Positions 39,013 through 49,357 of a stretch of DNA of 64,000 nt are shown here, in pieces (within the stretch, counting starts at the first letter, position 1; each line of letters opens with the position of its first letter). A program made the translations under genes and the position numbers. Source of the DNA: an uncultured Gemmatimonadaceae bacterium (lineage in GTDB: Bacteria; Gemmatimonadota; Gemmatimonadetes; Gemmatimonadales; Gemmatimonadaceae); assembly GCA_963740355.1 (NCBI GenBank), contig CAVUDW010000003.1:2336001-2400000 (forward strand). Reading direction: 5' to 3'. The notes below the pieces were generated by a model. The model ran no database searches, had not been told where the DNA came from, and saw nothing but the letters and a program-made list of their open reading frames with translations.

Positions 39013-40575
39013 GTGATCGTCAAGCTCGTCACCGCTCTTACGCTCAGCATCGCCGCCCTGCCAACGAATCCGGTTCGGATCGATGGTGAAGGGCTGCCGA
39101 AAGCGCGCCCGGAAGAGGTGGAGATGAGTGCGCTGCGTCTCGATGCCATCACGCGCGTCGTGCGTCGTGGCATTTCCGAGGGTGGCTTTCCTGGCGCCGC
39201 CGTGGTCGTCGGTCGTCGTGGGTCTGCGGTCTATTCGCAGGGTTTTGGCCGCCTGTCGTGGGGCCCGGATGCACCAAGCGTCTCCCCCGATCGTTCCGTG
39301 TACGACCTCGCCAGCCTCACCAAGGTCATCGGCACCACGACCGCGATCATGCTCCTCTACGATGAGGGCAAGATCAAGCTCGACGACAAGGTCATCACGT
39401 TCTTCCCCGAATTCGGTGGTGGCGAGAAGGACAACGTCACCATCCAGGATCTGCTGACGCACCGGAGTGGTTTGCCGGCGGGTCGCGATCTGTGGCGTCT
39501 CGCCTGGTCGCCTGCCGATGCGCAGCGCCTCGTGCTCGGCACGCCGCTCGAATACTCCCCCGGCACGCGCTACGTCTACTCCGATCTCGGCGCAGACATC
39601 CTCGGCTTCATCGCCGAGCGCGCCAGCGGACGCAAGCTCGACGAATTGCTGCAGGACAAGGTGTTCACGCCACTCGGCATGACCGAGACCTGGTATCGCG
39701 TGCCGGCCAACGTGCGCGAGCGCACGGCGCCGACCGCCACCATGTCGGTGCGTGGCTATTCGCTGCAGGGTGATGTGCACGACGAAAATGCCCATGCACT
39801 GGGCGGCGTTGCCGGACACGCAGGGTTGTTCAGCACGGCCGGCGATCTCTCGGTGTTCGCCACCATGATGCTCAACAAGGGTGTCTACCTCGGCAAGCGG
39901 ATCATCAGTGATTCGACGGTCGAGCGATTCACCGCGCACGCCCCAGGGTCGTCGCGCGCACTGGGCTGGGACACCTGCGCCGGTCACAATGGCGTCGGCT
40001 GCGGTCGCTACATGTCGGCCACGGCCTACGGACACACCGGCTTCACGGGCACCTCGATCTGGATCGACCCCGAGCGCGACATGTTCGTCGTCCTGCTCAC
40101 CAATCGTGTGTTTGAGTCGCGCGCGCGTCGCCCCGAACGTGTGATTTCCGATGTGCGCGCCGATCTCGCCGACGCCTCGGCGTGGGCCGTCACCGCGCCA
40201 GGGCAGGCCGTTGAAGTCGACGGCGATCCCGAATTCCGCGCTGACTACGCCACGGGCTGGAATCCGGCGCCGGAAGTGCGGTATCGCGCCGCCGCTGGCT
40301 GCGGCGTGAGCCGCGGCCGCGCCCTGGCCCGCAAGTCGGCCGGTCGCAGCAGCGCCAAGTCTCGTCGCGCCGCCTGCAGCTCGTCCCGGTCGAAGTCCGC
40401 CGGCCGTTCCGTGTCGGCCAAGCGCTCGTCCCGTTCCTCGGCCTCGGCGCGCACGAGCAGCCGTTCCCGTGCCTCGGCGCGTGCGTCGTCGGCTCGCAAG
40501 CGCACCGCCAGCGCTCGTGCCGGCCGAGCCACGGCAGCCAAGGCCAAGCCCGTCGCCAAGAAGAAGCGTCGCTGA
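39013..40575 (+). CDS. Exported serine hydrolase (beta-lactamase fold) with long basic C-terminal tail
   Basis: ASLTK, LLTHRSGL, YSD, GHTGFTG; last ~80 aa rich in R/K/S/A. Confidence 0.88.
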   Translation: MIVKLVTALTLSIAALPTNPVRIDGEGLPKARPEEVEMSALRLDAITRVVRRGISEGGFPGAAVVVGRRGSAVYSQGFGRLSWGPDAPSVSPDRSVYDLASLTKVIGTTTAIMLLYDEGKIKLDDKVITFFPEFGGGEKDNVTIQDLLTHRSGLPAGRDLWRLAWSPADAQRLVLGTPLEYSPGTRYVYSDLGADILGFIAERASGRKLDELLQDKVFTPLGMTETWYRVPANVRERTAPTATMSVRGYSLQGDVHDENAHALGGVAGHAGLFSTAGDLSVFATMMLNKGVYLGKRIISDSTVERFTAHAPGSSRALGWDTCAGHNGVGCGRYMSATAYGHTGFTGTSIWIDPERDMFVVLLTNRVFESRARRPERVISDVRADLADASAWAVTAPGQAVEVDGDPEFRADYATGWNPAPEVRYRAAAGCGVSRGRALARKSAGRSSAKSRRAACSSSRSKSAGRSVSAKRSSRSSASARTSSRSRASARASSARKRTASARAGRATAAKAKPVAKKKRR

Positions 40576-40627
40576 CGGGTTCGCCGCGCGGCCCGCGGGG
40601 CTCCACGGCCTGAGTAGCTTTCGCATC

Positions 40628-41008
40628 ATGCAGATGTCATCCGAAGAACCCATCGACAGCCCCGACGCCACCGGTGCGTCTGACGTCGCCGATGAAGAGA
40701 CCACCGCCGGCGGTGTCACGCTCGATCAGGCACGCCTCGTCCTGCGGCGCGTCAAGGATCCGGAGCTCAACTTGAACATCGTCGATCTCGGACTGATCTA
40801 CGACATTCAGGTCGAAGGCGCCGACATCAACGTCGACATGTCGCTCACCTCACCCGGCTGTCCATCCGGCCCGGAAATCATGGGTGAAGCGGAGAAGCAA
40901 TTGCGCACGGTGCCGGGCGTTGGCGAAGTGAAGATCAACCTCATCTGGTCGCCACCATGGACGCCGGACCGCATCGAGCCGCGCGTCCGCACGTACCTCG
41001 GCTTCTGA
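40628..41008 (+). CDS. DUF59/SufT-type metal-sulfur cluster assembly factor
   Basis: VKDPEL..NIVDLGLIY, LTSPGCP, WSPPW. Confidence 0.9.
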   Translation: MQMSSEEPIDSPDATGASDVADEETTAGGVTLDQARLVLRRVKDPELNLNIVDLGLIYDIQVEGADINVDMSLTSPGCPSGPEIMGEAEKQLRTVPGVGEVKINLIWSPPWTPDRIEPRVRTYLGF

Positions 41009-41529
41009 ACGCGTCGCGCAGTGCACGCGCCTGCCTCGCACTGAGCGCAGTTGTTGCGGCCTGCGGCCCCGCTGAGCCGAAACCCGCACCACCGCCGGTC
41101 AGCGTGACACCGGCGGGCACACATTCCGGCCCTGCGCCGCTCCCAACCTGCCCGGGTACCGGGCACTGGGAGCCGTGCACCGTCTTCGATCGCCTCGAGC
41201 GCGCAGGCCTCGCACCACAACGCGGCGATACGGTGCGTTTCCCGTTTCTGCGCGTTGCCGGACAGACATGGCGGCTTGGCTCTGCCACCATTCATGTCTT
41301 CCGCTATCGCGACAGCACATCGCGACACGCGGATTTTGCGGCGCTCGACAGCCTCAACGCACGCCCCCGTGGTGACACGCTGACGCGCTGGCCGGGTACA
41401 CCCACCGTGCTCGTGAACGACAACCTGCTCGCGATCCTGCTCAGCGAAAATGGCGAGCAGGTCGAACGAGTGAGTCTTGCCCTGACCGCAGGTCCGCCGC
41501 CGAAGGCGGTACCTGCCGCACCGAAATGA
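41005..41529 (+). CDS. Hypothetical lipoprotein (start uncertain)
   Basis: Lipobox VAAC-G, Pro-rich linker; stop overlaps the next ATG. Confidence 0.55.
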   Translation: MNASRSARACLALSAVVAACGPAEPKPAPPPVSVTPAGTHSGPAPLPTCPGTGHWEPCTVFDRLERAGLAPQRGDTVRFPFLRVAGQTWRLGSATIHVFRYRDSTSRHADFAALDSLNARPRGDTLTRWPGTPTVLVNDNLLAILLSENGEQVERVSLALTAGPPPKAVPAAPK

Positions 41530-43229
41530 TCATGCGCGCATCGTTCCGCTTTCTGCTCCTCGGCCTCGTCGCCGCCGGCTGCACCCGTCCCACGCCAGCG
41601 CCGGTTCCGATTCCGGCAGTGCCGGCACCGCAGACGCCAGCGCCGCAGCCCGCAAAGCCTGGCGAGGTGATGGTCGATCCACGACGGGTCGACGCACCGA
41701 GTGAAACGCGCCCGGCCCTGCGAGGCGCCGTCTCGCTGCCGACGCCGCCGCTGGCCGCGCGTGAATTCCGCGCAGTCTGGGTCGCGACGGTCGACAACAT
41801 CGATTGGCCGTCACGTCGCGATCTCAGCACGGCCGACCAACAGCGCGAACTGATCGCGATTCTCGATCGCGTGAAAGAGCTGCACATGAACGCCGTGGTC
41901 TTCCAGGTGCGGCCGGCTGGCGATGCGATGTATCCCTCGGCGCTCGAGCCATGGTCCGTGTATCTCACCGGCGCGCAGGGCCTGGCTCCATCACCGTCGT
42001 GGGATCCGCTCGCTTTCGCCGTGCGCGAGGCACACGCCCGCGGGCTCGAGTTGCACGCCTGGTTCAACCCATATCGCGCACGCCATCCCAGCGACAAGTC
42101 GCCGCTGGTGGCGTCACACATGGCTGTCGCGCAGCCTGCGCTGGTGAAGCGGTACGGCTCGCACCTCTGGATGGACCCGGGTGAGCCGGCGGTGATCGCG
42201 AAGTCGATCGCGGTGGTGCTGGATGTCGTGAAGCGATACGACGTCGATGGTGTGCACATCGATGATTATTTCTACCCGTACAAGGAACGCGACAGCCGCG
42301 GGAACGTGATCCCGTTCCCTGACGAGCGCAGTTACGCTGCCTACACGTCGAAGGGTGGCACACTCGCGCTCGACGACTGGCGCCGCTTCAATGTCGACAC
42401 GTTCGTGCAACAGATGTACACGCGTGTGAAGGCCACCAAGCCATGGGTCAAGGTCGGCATCAGCCCATTCGGGATCTGGCGTCCAGGATTCCCCGCCGAC
42501 GTGCGCGGCTTCGACAGCTATGCCGAATTGTACGGCGATTCGCGCCGCTGGCTGCGTGAAGGCTGGCTCGACTACGCGACACCGCAATTGTACTGGCCGA
42601 TCGCGAAGGATGGACAGCCATATCCATCACTGCTGCGCTGGTGGGCCGCCGAAAATGTGAAGGGCCGGCACATGTGGCCGGGCAACTACACCAGCCGTGT
42701 CGGCACCGCCGCCACCTGGACTGCAGATGAACTCGTGAACCAGATCGCCGTCACGCGTCGCCAGGGCAATGCCACCGGCAATGTGCACTTCAGCATGGCG
42801 GCATTCATGCCACGCGGTTCGGCGGCGACGCGCGCCGAGCGTGACACGCTGGCATCGCGCCTGATCCGGGAGACGTATGCGATTCCGGCACTGGTGCCCG
42901 CATCGCCATGGCTCGAAGCTGCCGGCACGGTGCTCTCGGCGCCGATCGTGCGCGAGGATCGCGACGCGCGTACTGGTGCGACCTTCCTGCTTGCGACGCT
43001 TCCCGCCGGTCAGGTCGCACGCACGTGGGTCATCTCACGCTGGGATGGTACGATGTGGACGACCGATCTCCGACCCGCTGACGCGGCCCCGCTCACTGTT
43101 GCCATCGCCGCCAACGCCGCAGAAGGTGTCGGCTACTGGATCAGCTGGATCGATCGCGCCGGCGTCGAATCCCCGCGCACCGGCTGGCTCCGCACCAGCG
43201 ACGGCATCGCGCGCCTGATCGCGCAATAG
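41526..43229 (+). CDS. GHL10/DUF187 (YddW/DigH-like) glycoside hydrolase lipoprotein
   Basis: AAGC lipobox; REFRAVWVATV.NIDWPS, HAWFNPYRA, DGVHIDDYFYPY, PQLYW. Confidence 0.9.
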   Translation: MIMRASFRFLLLGLVAAGCTRPTPAPVPIPAVPAPQTPAPQPAKPGEVMVDPRRVDAPSETRPALRGAVSLPTPPLAAREFRAVWVATVDNIDWPSRRDLSTADQQRELIAILDRVKELHMNAVVFQVRPAGDAMYPSALEPWSVYLTGAQGLAPSPSWDPLAFAVREAHARGLELHAWFNPYRARHPSDKSPLVASHMAVAQPALVKRYGSHLWMDPGEPAVIAKSIAVVLDVVKRYDVDGVHIDDYFYPYKERDSRGNVIPFPDERSYAAYTSKGGTLALDDWRRFNVDTFVQQMYTRVKATKPWVKVGISPFGIWRPGFPADVRGFDSYAELYGDSRRWLREGWLDYATPQLYWPIAKDGQPYPSLLRWWAAENVKGRHMWPGNYTSRVGTAATWTADELVNQIAVTRRQGNATGNVHFSMAAFMPRGSAATRAERDTLASRLIRETYAIPALVPASPWLEAAGTVLSAPIVREDRDARTGATFLLATLPAGQVARTWVISRWDGTMWTTDLRPADAAPLTVAIAANAAEGVGYWISWIDRAGVESPRTGWLRTSDGIARLIAQ

Positions 43230-43232
43230 TCC

Positions 43233-43348
43233 TCGAGAGCACAGCGAATCGCGGAGGCGCAGAGAACTGCAACTGCTGAACGCCTTTGACACAAAACTTG
43301 AATCGGACCAAAGCAACAGCCGCAAAACTGCGATTCGCTGTGGCTCGA
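43233..43348. repeat. Intergenic inverted repeat, ACAGCGAATCGC family (copy 3)
   Basis: cacagcgaatcgcggaggcgcag ... ctgcgattcgctgtg between convergent genes. Confidence 0.65.
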
Positions 43349-43354
43349 AAGCTC

Positions 43355-44563
43355 TCAGTCCCGATACGGCGAATCGCTCTCGGATGATGCAGGCGCTGAT
43401 GCCGCGACCGGCTGTGTCGCAACCTTGAGCGTGGTCGGTGCCCCAGTCACTTGCAGCGCGCGCAGGATCCCAGGGCCGAGCAGGTCGGCCTGCCAGCGGC
43501 GCAGATCGGGCGTCTCGTAGAGCTCCTCGATCGTCGTCGGCATCCGACGCGCGATCGTCTCGAGCTTCTCGCGCGAGCAGAGCACGCCAGGGTCCAGTTC
43601 GAGATTCGTCGCGACTTCGTCACGCACAGCACGCAGCCGTGCCGCGCGATCATCGAACTCGGGATCCTTCTCCCACCGCGGCGCCTTCGGGAACTTCGGC
43701 AGTGCCGCTTCGTCCAGCGCCATTGCGCGTGCGACGCAGGCCAGCACCACATCGCCGCGCTGGTCCAGCACACCGCGTGGCATGCCCTTGATCACGCCGA
43801 GCGCCTGACGCGTCGTCGGCTGGACGCGACAGATCTCGAGCAGCACGTCGTTGCTCACGACACGAAACGTCGAGCGATCCAGCTCCTTCGCCACACCATC
43901 GCGCCATGGCACGAGTTCGCGGAGCACCGCCAGTTCGCGGCGCTTCAGGTCGCGCGCACCCTTCACCTTCAGGAACAGCTGTGTTGGATCCTCGGCCGAC
44001 CACTGCGTCTGCTCGAGGCGTGCGAACTCTTCTGCCGCCCAGCCCAACCGTCCTTTCGCGTCCAGCTCGGCGTGCAGGATGTCGCGCAGCGCCAGCAGGT
44101 ACATCGTGTCCTGCGATGCGTACTGCAACATCCCTTCACTCAGCGGCCGCAGGCTCCAGTCGGCGCGCTGGAATTTCTTGTCGAGCGAAATCCCGAAGTG
44201 CAGTTCCAGCAACGCCGCGAGGCCAAACGCCTTGTAGCCAAGCAGTTGCGCCGCGATGCGGGTGTCGAAGATGTGCCGAGTGGCCCAGCCGTAGTCCTGA
44301 CGCAGCAGGCGCAGGTCGTAGTCGGCGTCGTGGAATACGATCTCGATATCGCGACTCTCGACCAGCGGCCGCAGCGACGCCAGGTCGCCCGACGCCAGTG
44401 GATCGACGATGGCCGTCGCTGTCCGCGTCGAGAGCTGCATCAGGTAGACGCGATCGACGAACCGGTGGAAGCTGGCCCCTTCCGTATCGAGCGCGATGCT
44501 CGGCGCGTTTGCGATCTCTTCGGCGAAGGCGGCCACCGCCGCAGCGGTATCGAGGTACTGCAT
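43355..44563 (-). CDS. rnd: Ribonuclease D
   Basis: ALDTE, FHDADYD, FDTRIAA, DWSLRPL..YA.QD exonuclease motifs plus HRDC domain. Confidence 0.9.
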   Translation of the reverse strand: MQYLDTAAAVAAFAEEIANAPSIALDTEGASFHRFVDRVYLMQLSTRTATAIVDPLASGDLASLRPLVESRDIEIVFHDADYDLRLLRQDYGWATRHIFDTRIAAQLLGYKAFGLAALLELHFGISLDKKFQRADWSLRPLSEGMLQYASQDTMYLLALRDILHAELDAKGRLGWAAEEFARLEQTQWSAEDPTQLFLKVKGARDLKRRELAVLRELVPWRDGVAKELDRSTFRVVSNDVLLEICRVQPTTRQALGVIKGMPRGVLDQRGDVVLACVARAMALDEAALPKFPKAPRWEKDPEFDDRAARLRAVRDEVATNLELDPGVLCSREKLETIARRMPTTIEELYETPDLRRWQADLLGPGILRALQVTGAPTTLKVATQPVAASAPASSESDSPYRD

Positions 44564-44645
44564 CACATGGCTGGGCGGGCGTGGCGGCATGAGGGAAGCA
44601 TAACCGCCCCGAGGCTCCCGGGCTGACGCCGTGCCAGATTGAGGC

Positions 44646-45470
44646 ATGGAACAGACTCTCGCGCTCCCCCACGGCACGCTCGCCTGGGACGACGTCGGCC
44701 CGCGGCACGCCGCGATCACCGTCGTGCTCATCCACGGATTTCCACACGATCGGTGGCTCTGGTCGGCCCAGACCGCGGCGCACGCGACCGCATTCCCTGA
44801 TGTCCGCCTGTTGGTGCCCGACCTGCCGGGGTTCGGGCGATCGACCCCACTGCCCGAACCGGGCATGGACGCCTATGCGGACGCGATCGCGTCCATGCTC
44901 GATGCCGCGGGGGTGGAGCAGGCGGTGATCGGCGGGCTCTCGATGGGTGGGTACGTGGCGTTCGCGCTCTGGCGGCGCCACGCGGCCCGAGTCCGCGCAC
45001 TGCTGTTGCTCGACACCAAGGCCGCCGCCGACACCGAGCCGGCGCGGCTGAAGCGTCGTGAGTTGATGGCGTCGGTGGGCCAGGAAGGCGTCGGACCGGC
45101 GGTGCCGACGTTCCTCCAGCAGCAACTGGGCGTCACGACGCGCGCGACACAGCCGCAGCTCGTCGAGCAGGTCGAGGTGATGCTGCGCCGAGCACCGGCC
45201 AGTGGCGTCATTGGCGCCGCGCAGGCCATGCTGACGCGCATCGACTCCACATCGACGCTCGAGACCATCACCGTGCCCACGCTCGTCGTCGTCGGGGACG
45301 AGGATACCGTGACGCCGATGGCCGACAGCCTTGTCTTGTCATCCAGCGTGGCCGGCTCGCGCCTGGTCACCATTCCCGATGCCGGCCATCTCGCCCCGCT
45401 CGAACAACCCAGCGTCGTGAACGCCGCCATCGCCGAATTCCTCGACGTGGCGGTGCGGGGCGCAGTGTGA
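44646..45470 (+). CDS. Alpha/beta hydrolase
   Basis: HGFP, PDLPGFG, GLSMGG, GDED, AGHL..LEQP. Confidence 0.88.
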   Translation: MEQTLALPHGTLAWDDVGPRHAAITVVLIHGFPHDRWLWSAQTAAHATAFPDVRLLVPDLPGFGRSTPLPEPGMDAYADAIASMLDAAGVEQAVIGGLSMGGYVAFALWRRHAARVRALLLLDTKAAADTEPARLKRRELMASVGQEGVGPAVPTFLQQQLGVTTRATQPQLVEQVEVMLRRAPASGVIGAAQAMLTRIDSTSTLETITVPTLVVVGDEDTVTPMADSLVLSSSVAGSRLVTIPDAGHLAPLEQPSVVNAAIAEFLDVAVRGAV

Positions 45471-45480
45471 TCAGCGCGCC

Positions 45481-45744
45481 TTAGCGCGTCGGACGGCCAG
45501 GCGGGTTCGGGCCCTTGAACACGTCGCGATTGATCTGCACGTACTTCTGCATCGCCGCCGGCACGTCTTCCTCGGGGAAGATCGCCGTCACGGGGCACTC
45601 GGGCTCACACGCGCCGCAATCGATGCATTCGTCGGGCTGGATGTACAGCTGATCCGGTCCCTCGTAGATGCAGTCCACGGGGCAGACGTCAACGCACGCC
45701 TTGTCCTTGGTATTGATGCAGGCTTCGGTGATCACGTACGGCAT
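45481..45744 (-). CDS. Ferredoxin (7Fe/FdxA-like)
   Basis: MPYVITEAC...KDKACVDVCPVDCI...ECIDCGACEPECPV. Confidence 0.93.
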   Translation of the reverse strand: MPYVITEACINTKDKACVDVCPVDCIYEGPDQLYIQPDECIDCGACEPECPVTAIFPEEDVPAAMQKYVQINRDVFKGPNPPGRPTR

Positions 45745-45911
45745 GTGTGCGATCCGACGATTGAAGGGCTTTGGACGGGAGCGCGCAGGTCGACCCCGCG
45801 CGCGTTGCCGGCGTGAGCCGGACAGAAGGGGATTTACGACTTTTTTTCGCTGACGCAACCGGGGATTCACCTGCCTGTCTCACCGAGGAGCCAGCGATCA
45901 AACCAGCGCGA

Positions 45912-46220
45912 TCAGCTCCGCCACGGCGGAACACCACTCTTGCGCTTCAAGTCGGGATTCCAGCGATAGAGCGTGCAGGTGCGACCGATGACCTGCACCA
46001 CCTCGGCACTGGTCGCCTCAGCCAGCCGATTGGCGGCCACCTTGGGCGTCTCGTCCGTGGTCTTGGCCAACTGAATCTTCACCAACTCCCGCGTGCGCAA
46101 CGCGTCGTCCACCGTTTCGATCACGGTCTCGGTCAACCCCTGGTGGCCGATGTGTACGGCGGCCACCAGATGGTGTGCTTCACCACGCAACGCTGCGCGG
46201 TCCTTGCTGGTCATGGTCAT
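45912..46220 (-). CDS. yhbY: YhbY/CRM RNA-binding protein
   Basis: RA.LR..AH.L...V.IG..GL, ELVKI, VQVIG....LYR. Confidence 0.9.
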   Translation of the reverse strand: MTMTSKDRAALRGEAHHLVAAVHIGHQGLTETVIETVDDALRTRELVKIQLAKTTDETPKVAANRLAEATSAEVVQVIGRTCTLYRWNPDLKRKSGVPPWRS

Positions 46221-46870
46221 CGCAACGCTCCCGGCAGCTGGAGAAACGGCTTCGGATCGATCGGGATTCCATCCCAGAGACGATCACGATCGAGCAACCG
46301 CATGATCTGGAAATGCAGGTGTGGAGCATTCACCGGTGCATTCCCCGTCGTCCCAACGTAACCGAGCACGTCCCCCCGCTGCACACGCTGGTCGACATGC
46401 AGATCAGGCGCGTAGCCATCGAGATGCGCGTAGTAGTACACAAACCGCTCATCCGGATCGGTGGCGTAGATGGTGATGCCACCTAGCGTATTGCGTGACA
46501 GTCGCCGGATGACCCCCTCATCGGCGCTGATCACGAGGGTCCCGCGGGGCGCCATGATGTCGGCCGCATTGTGCCGGCGCCCGCCACTCCGACCGTCGTT
46601 GAAGGTCTTCAGCACATCGTCGGGATACTTGCCGAGCACGGGGACGGCGAGAATCCGACCGCGCAAACGATCGAGATCGTCGACGGTGACCGTGCCCTTC
46701 GCGGCATCGAAGTAGATCCCGTCAGCCGCCGGACCAGACTGCGACGGCGCCGGCCGACGCGCGACGGGCCGCGGCGATGGGTCGATCGACGAGTTGGCCG
46801 AGCCACTCCGACATGCTGAAGCCATCATGGCGACAGCAATACAACAATAGAACGGTCTGCTACGCGACAA
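46217..46870 (-). CDS. M23 family peptidase lipoprotein
   Basis: ASAC lipobox; HNAADI, YYYAHL, PHLHF. Confidence 0.88.
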   Translation of the reverse strand: MSRSRPFYCCIAVAMMASACRSGSANSSIDPSPRPVARRPAPSQSGPAADGIYFDAAKGTVTVDDLDRLRGRILAVPVLGKYPDDVLKTFNDGRSGGRRHNAADIMAPRGTLVISADEGVIRRLSRNTLGGITIYATDPDERFVYYYAHLDGYAPDLHVDQRVQRGDVLGYVGTTGNAPVNAPHLHFQIMRLLDRDRLWDGIPIDPKPFLQLPGALR

Positions 46871-47192
46871 CGTCTGCGCGCTTGGCGCTCGCTTCGGCCG
46901 AAAATCCGTCCGGATAACGCTTCCGCAGCTTGTCCACGTTGCGCTGGGCCACGTCGTCCAGCGACACTCCGATCGCCGTCGCCATCCCGGCCACGTACCA
47001 CATCACATCGCCGAGTTCCTTCACCACCTCGTCCGGGTCGAGTGGCTTCCCGTGGAAGAGGTGCTTCTTCAACATGTCCGCGGTTTCGCCCGCTTCGCCC
47101 GCGAGGCCGAGCGCCATGTTCGACAGCTGGTCGGCGTGGGTGCGGGTGCCGATCGTGCGGGCGGCGAGCTGCTGATACTCGTCGAGGGTCAT
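46860..47192 (-). CDS. MazG-like nucleotide pyrophosphohydrolase
   Basis: LGLAGEAGE, ELGDVMWY, N..KL..RYP.GF. Confidence 0.88.
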   Translation of the reverse strand: MTLDEYQQLAARTIGTRTHADQLSNMALGLAGEAGETADMLKKHLFHGKPLDPDEVVKELGDVMWYVAGMATAIGVSLDDVAQRNVDKLRKRYPDGFSAEASAKRADVVA

Positions 47193-47313
47193 GGGCGACG
47201 CGGGGCGGAGGGTGACGGTCAGGACGTGGCGAAAGCTACTGGTTCGTCAATTCCGCACGAGCCAGCGCGCCCCACCACTCCCTGCCCACACATCCGTCCC
47301 GCTCCCGCACGAT

Positions 47314-47787
47314 TCACGGCATCGCCGGTCGCGACGGCCGCCCGATCGCGACCGGTTCGGCCGGTGCGCGCTGCGGCACCTTGCCGATGGGCGAGGCGTC
47401 GATCGTTCGCCAGATCGTCCAGGCGAACACATACGCTCCGGACGCCGACAGCACACCACCGATCGCCAACAACCACACCGCGCCGGACAGGCCACTGCCT
47501 CGCGCGATGAACCCACCTGCCATCACCGCCAACCCCACGTTCGACAGCCACCAGTGCACGACCGGCAGGCGTTGGCTGGGCAGTGGCGCACCGCTGAAGC
47601 GCGGCACGACGTGGTAGGCCACACCGAAGATCATCATCGTCACGAAGCCAAGCACCACCGAGTGCGCATGCGCTGGCCGGTACACGGTCCACGCAGGATA
47701 GAGCGCCATCAGGATGCCACCGGTGGTGCCGATGACCAGCCAGGCGAGGCTCGATTTCAGGAACGCCTTGACGAAACCATCCATCAT
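47314..47787 (-). CDS. Small 4-TM membrane protein with HAH motif (heme-copper oxidase fragment-like)
   Basis: AHAH..VLGFV.MMIFGVAYH..PRF; start overlaps the DUF542 gene stop. Confidence 0.65.
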   Translation of the reverse strand: MMDGFVKAFLKSSLAWLVIGTTGGILMALYPAWTVYRPAHAHSVVLGFVTMMIFGVAYHVVPRFSGAPLPSQRLPVVHWWLSNVGLAVMAGGFIARGSGLSGAVWLLAIGGVLSASGAYVFAWTIWRTIDASPIGKVPQRAPAEPVAIGRPSRPAMP

Positions 47788-48113
47788 CCCGGCCGCGTGG
47801 CGCCGTGCGATCCAAATTGCGCGTCGAGGGAAATCAGGACCGATTCCAGGTCGGCACCCGCCGATTTCGCCGCATCGCGGAGCGAAGCGCCCGCACCACA
47901 ACACGTATCGATGCCAAACGTGTGAAAGATCGAGACGGCGGCTGGATGCGCGCTGACCACCGCACGCACCGAGACGAGCGGATCGATCACTCCAGACCAG
48001 GTGGCATCACGTGTGTCGCTGGCGATGACATCGGTTCCGTCTGAACAGCTGCCGCCGCAACAAGTCGAGTCGGCGGTCGAGACAGCCTGTGGTTCTGTGA
48101 TCAACGAGCCCAT
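47784..48113 (-). CDS. Stand-alone DUF542 (ScdA/Ric N-terminal) domain protein
   Basis: HP....IF..FGIDTCCG...SL..AA; extra CCGGSC near the N-terminus. Confidence 0.75.
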   Translation of the reverse strand: MGSLITEPQAVSTADSTCCGGSCSDGTDVIASDTRDATWSGVIDPLVSVRAVVSAHPAAVSIFHTFGIDTCCGAGASLRDAAKSAGADLESVLISLDAQFGSHGATRPG

Positions 48114-48341
48114 GACCGTATACCTCGAGTGCAGGGACGCGGGTCGAGACCGGAGCAGGTGCGCTGCGGCTCATCTCCCATCGTGGTATGTGAGTTTGCG
48201 GCCCAACCGCGGCGAAGGCTGTCGGCATTCGCCGTAGCTTTGCTTCATCTTTCCCCGACGATCACGGCTTCGTCGCTGCGCACTCGCCGCACAGGCCCAG
48301 TTCGCACCGGTTCGCGCTCACCTCGACTTCCCGAAAACCGC

Positions 48342-48728
48342 ATGCCAATCGTCACCATCGTCGTCGGCACCCTGCTCTCCCTGATCGGCATCCTCGGCTA
48401 CGTCTTCAGCGACACCCACAGCCTCACCGCACTCATTCCGTTGGCCTTCGGCTCGTTGCTCGAGGCGTGTGGCGCGCTGGCATTGAACCCGAAGATGAAG
48501 AAGCACGCCATGCACGGCGCGTCGGTGCTGGCGCTGCTTGGCATCCTCGGCTCGGCACCGGGCGCGGTGAAGTTTCTGCAGCTGATCACCGGCGGCGACG
48601 TCGCGCGACCGCTGGCAGCGAAGACACAGGCCGCGATGTTCGTGATCTGCCTCGTGTTTCTCGGCCTCTGCATTCAGAGCTTCCGCAATGCGCGGGCGGA
48701 GCGCATGGCCACGGGCAGCGCTGCCTGA
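48342..48728 (+). CDS. Small 4-TM membrane protein
   Basis: S.TALIP..FG, KHAMH, CIQSF..AR; four hydrophobic segments. Confidence 0.7.
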   Translation: MPIVTIVVGTLLSLIGILGYVFSDTHSLTALIPLAFGSLLEACGALALNPKMKKHAMHGASVLALLGILGSAPGAVKFLQLITGGDVARPLAAKTQAAMFVICLVFLGLCIQSFRNARAERMATGSAA

Positions 48729-48759
48729 GCCGCGGATCATTCCGCTCACTGGAGCACCC

Positions 48760-49329
48760 GTGAGGCGGGGCGTGCTTGCCGCACTGCTGCTGGCCGTGGT
48801 CGCCTGCGCGCGTCAGGATGGAGCGGCGACACCAAAGGCGGCCGACACGGTGGCTGCTGCTGCAATCGTCGAGCCTTCGCCAACCGACACAGCGGCGACG
48901 ATTCAGGCGTTCGAGGCCCGTGTCGCGCAGATCGAGCGAGACACCGCGGTGATGGATCAGGTCCAGAAGCCCATTTCGCTCGGCGCCGGCACTGATGCAC
49001 TGCTCTCGGCCTGGCGCGCCGGCCCGGTGTGGAAGCGGCTCCGCGTCGAAGCGAGCGGCACCGGCTTCCACAGCGTCGACGATTACTGGCTCAGCGATGG
49101 CGTCTTTCTTGGCGCACGCCTCGAAATGATTCGCGACGGCCGGAAGCCCTCGGTGGAACAGGTCTGGTTCCGGGATCAACGCCTGTATCGCTGGACCGAT
49201 GCGGCCGGCCGACACCCCAACCCTGCCGCACGCTCGACGCAATACGAAGTGACGATGCTGCGAGCACGGCTCGACACACTCCTGCGCCGACTCGACGCCG
49301 ATGACGCGGTGCGTCGCCCCCCGCGCTGA
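48760..49329 (+). CDS. Hypothetical lipoprotein
   Basis: GGAG RBS, GTG start, VVAC lipobox. Confidence 0.65.
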   Translation: MRRGVLAALLLAVVACARQDGAATPKAADTVAAAAIVEPSPTDTAATIQAFEARVAQIERDTAVMDQVQKPISLGAGTDALLSAWRAGPVWKRLRVEASGTGFHSVDDYWLSDGVFLGARLEMIRDGRKPSVEQVWFRDQRLYRWTDAAGRHPNPAARSTQYEVTMLRARLDTLLRRLDADDAVRRPPR

Positions 49330-49357
49330 CGCCACGCAGCAGGGCGACATAATGCAG

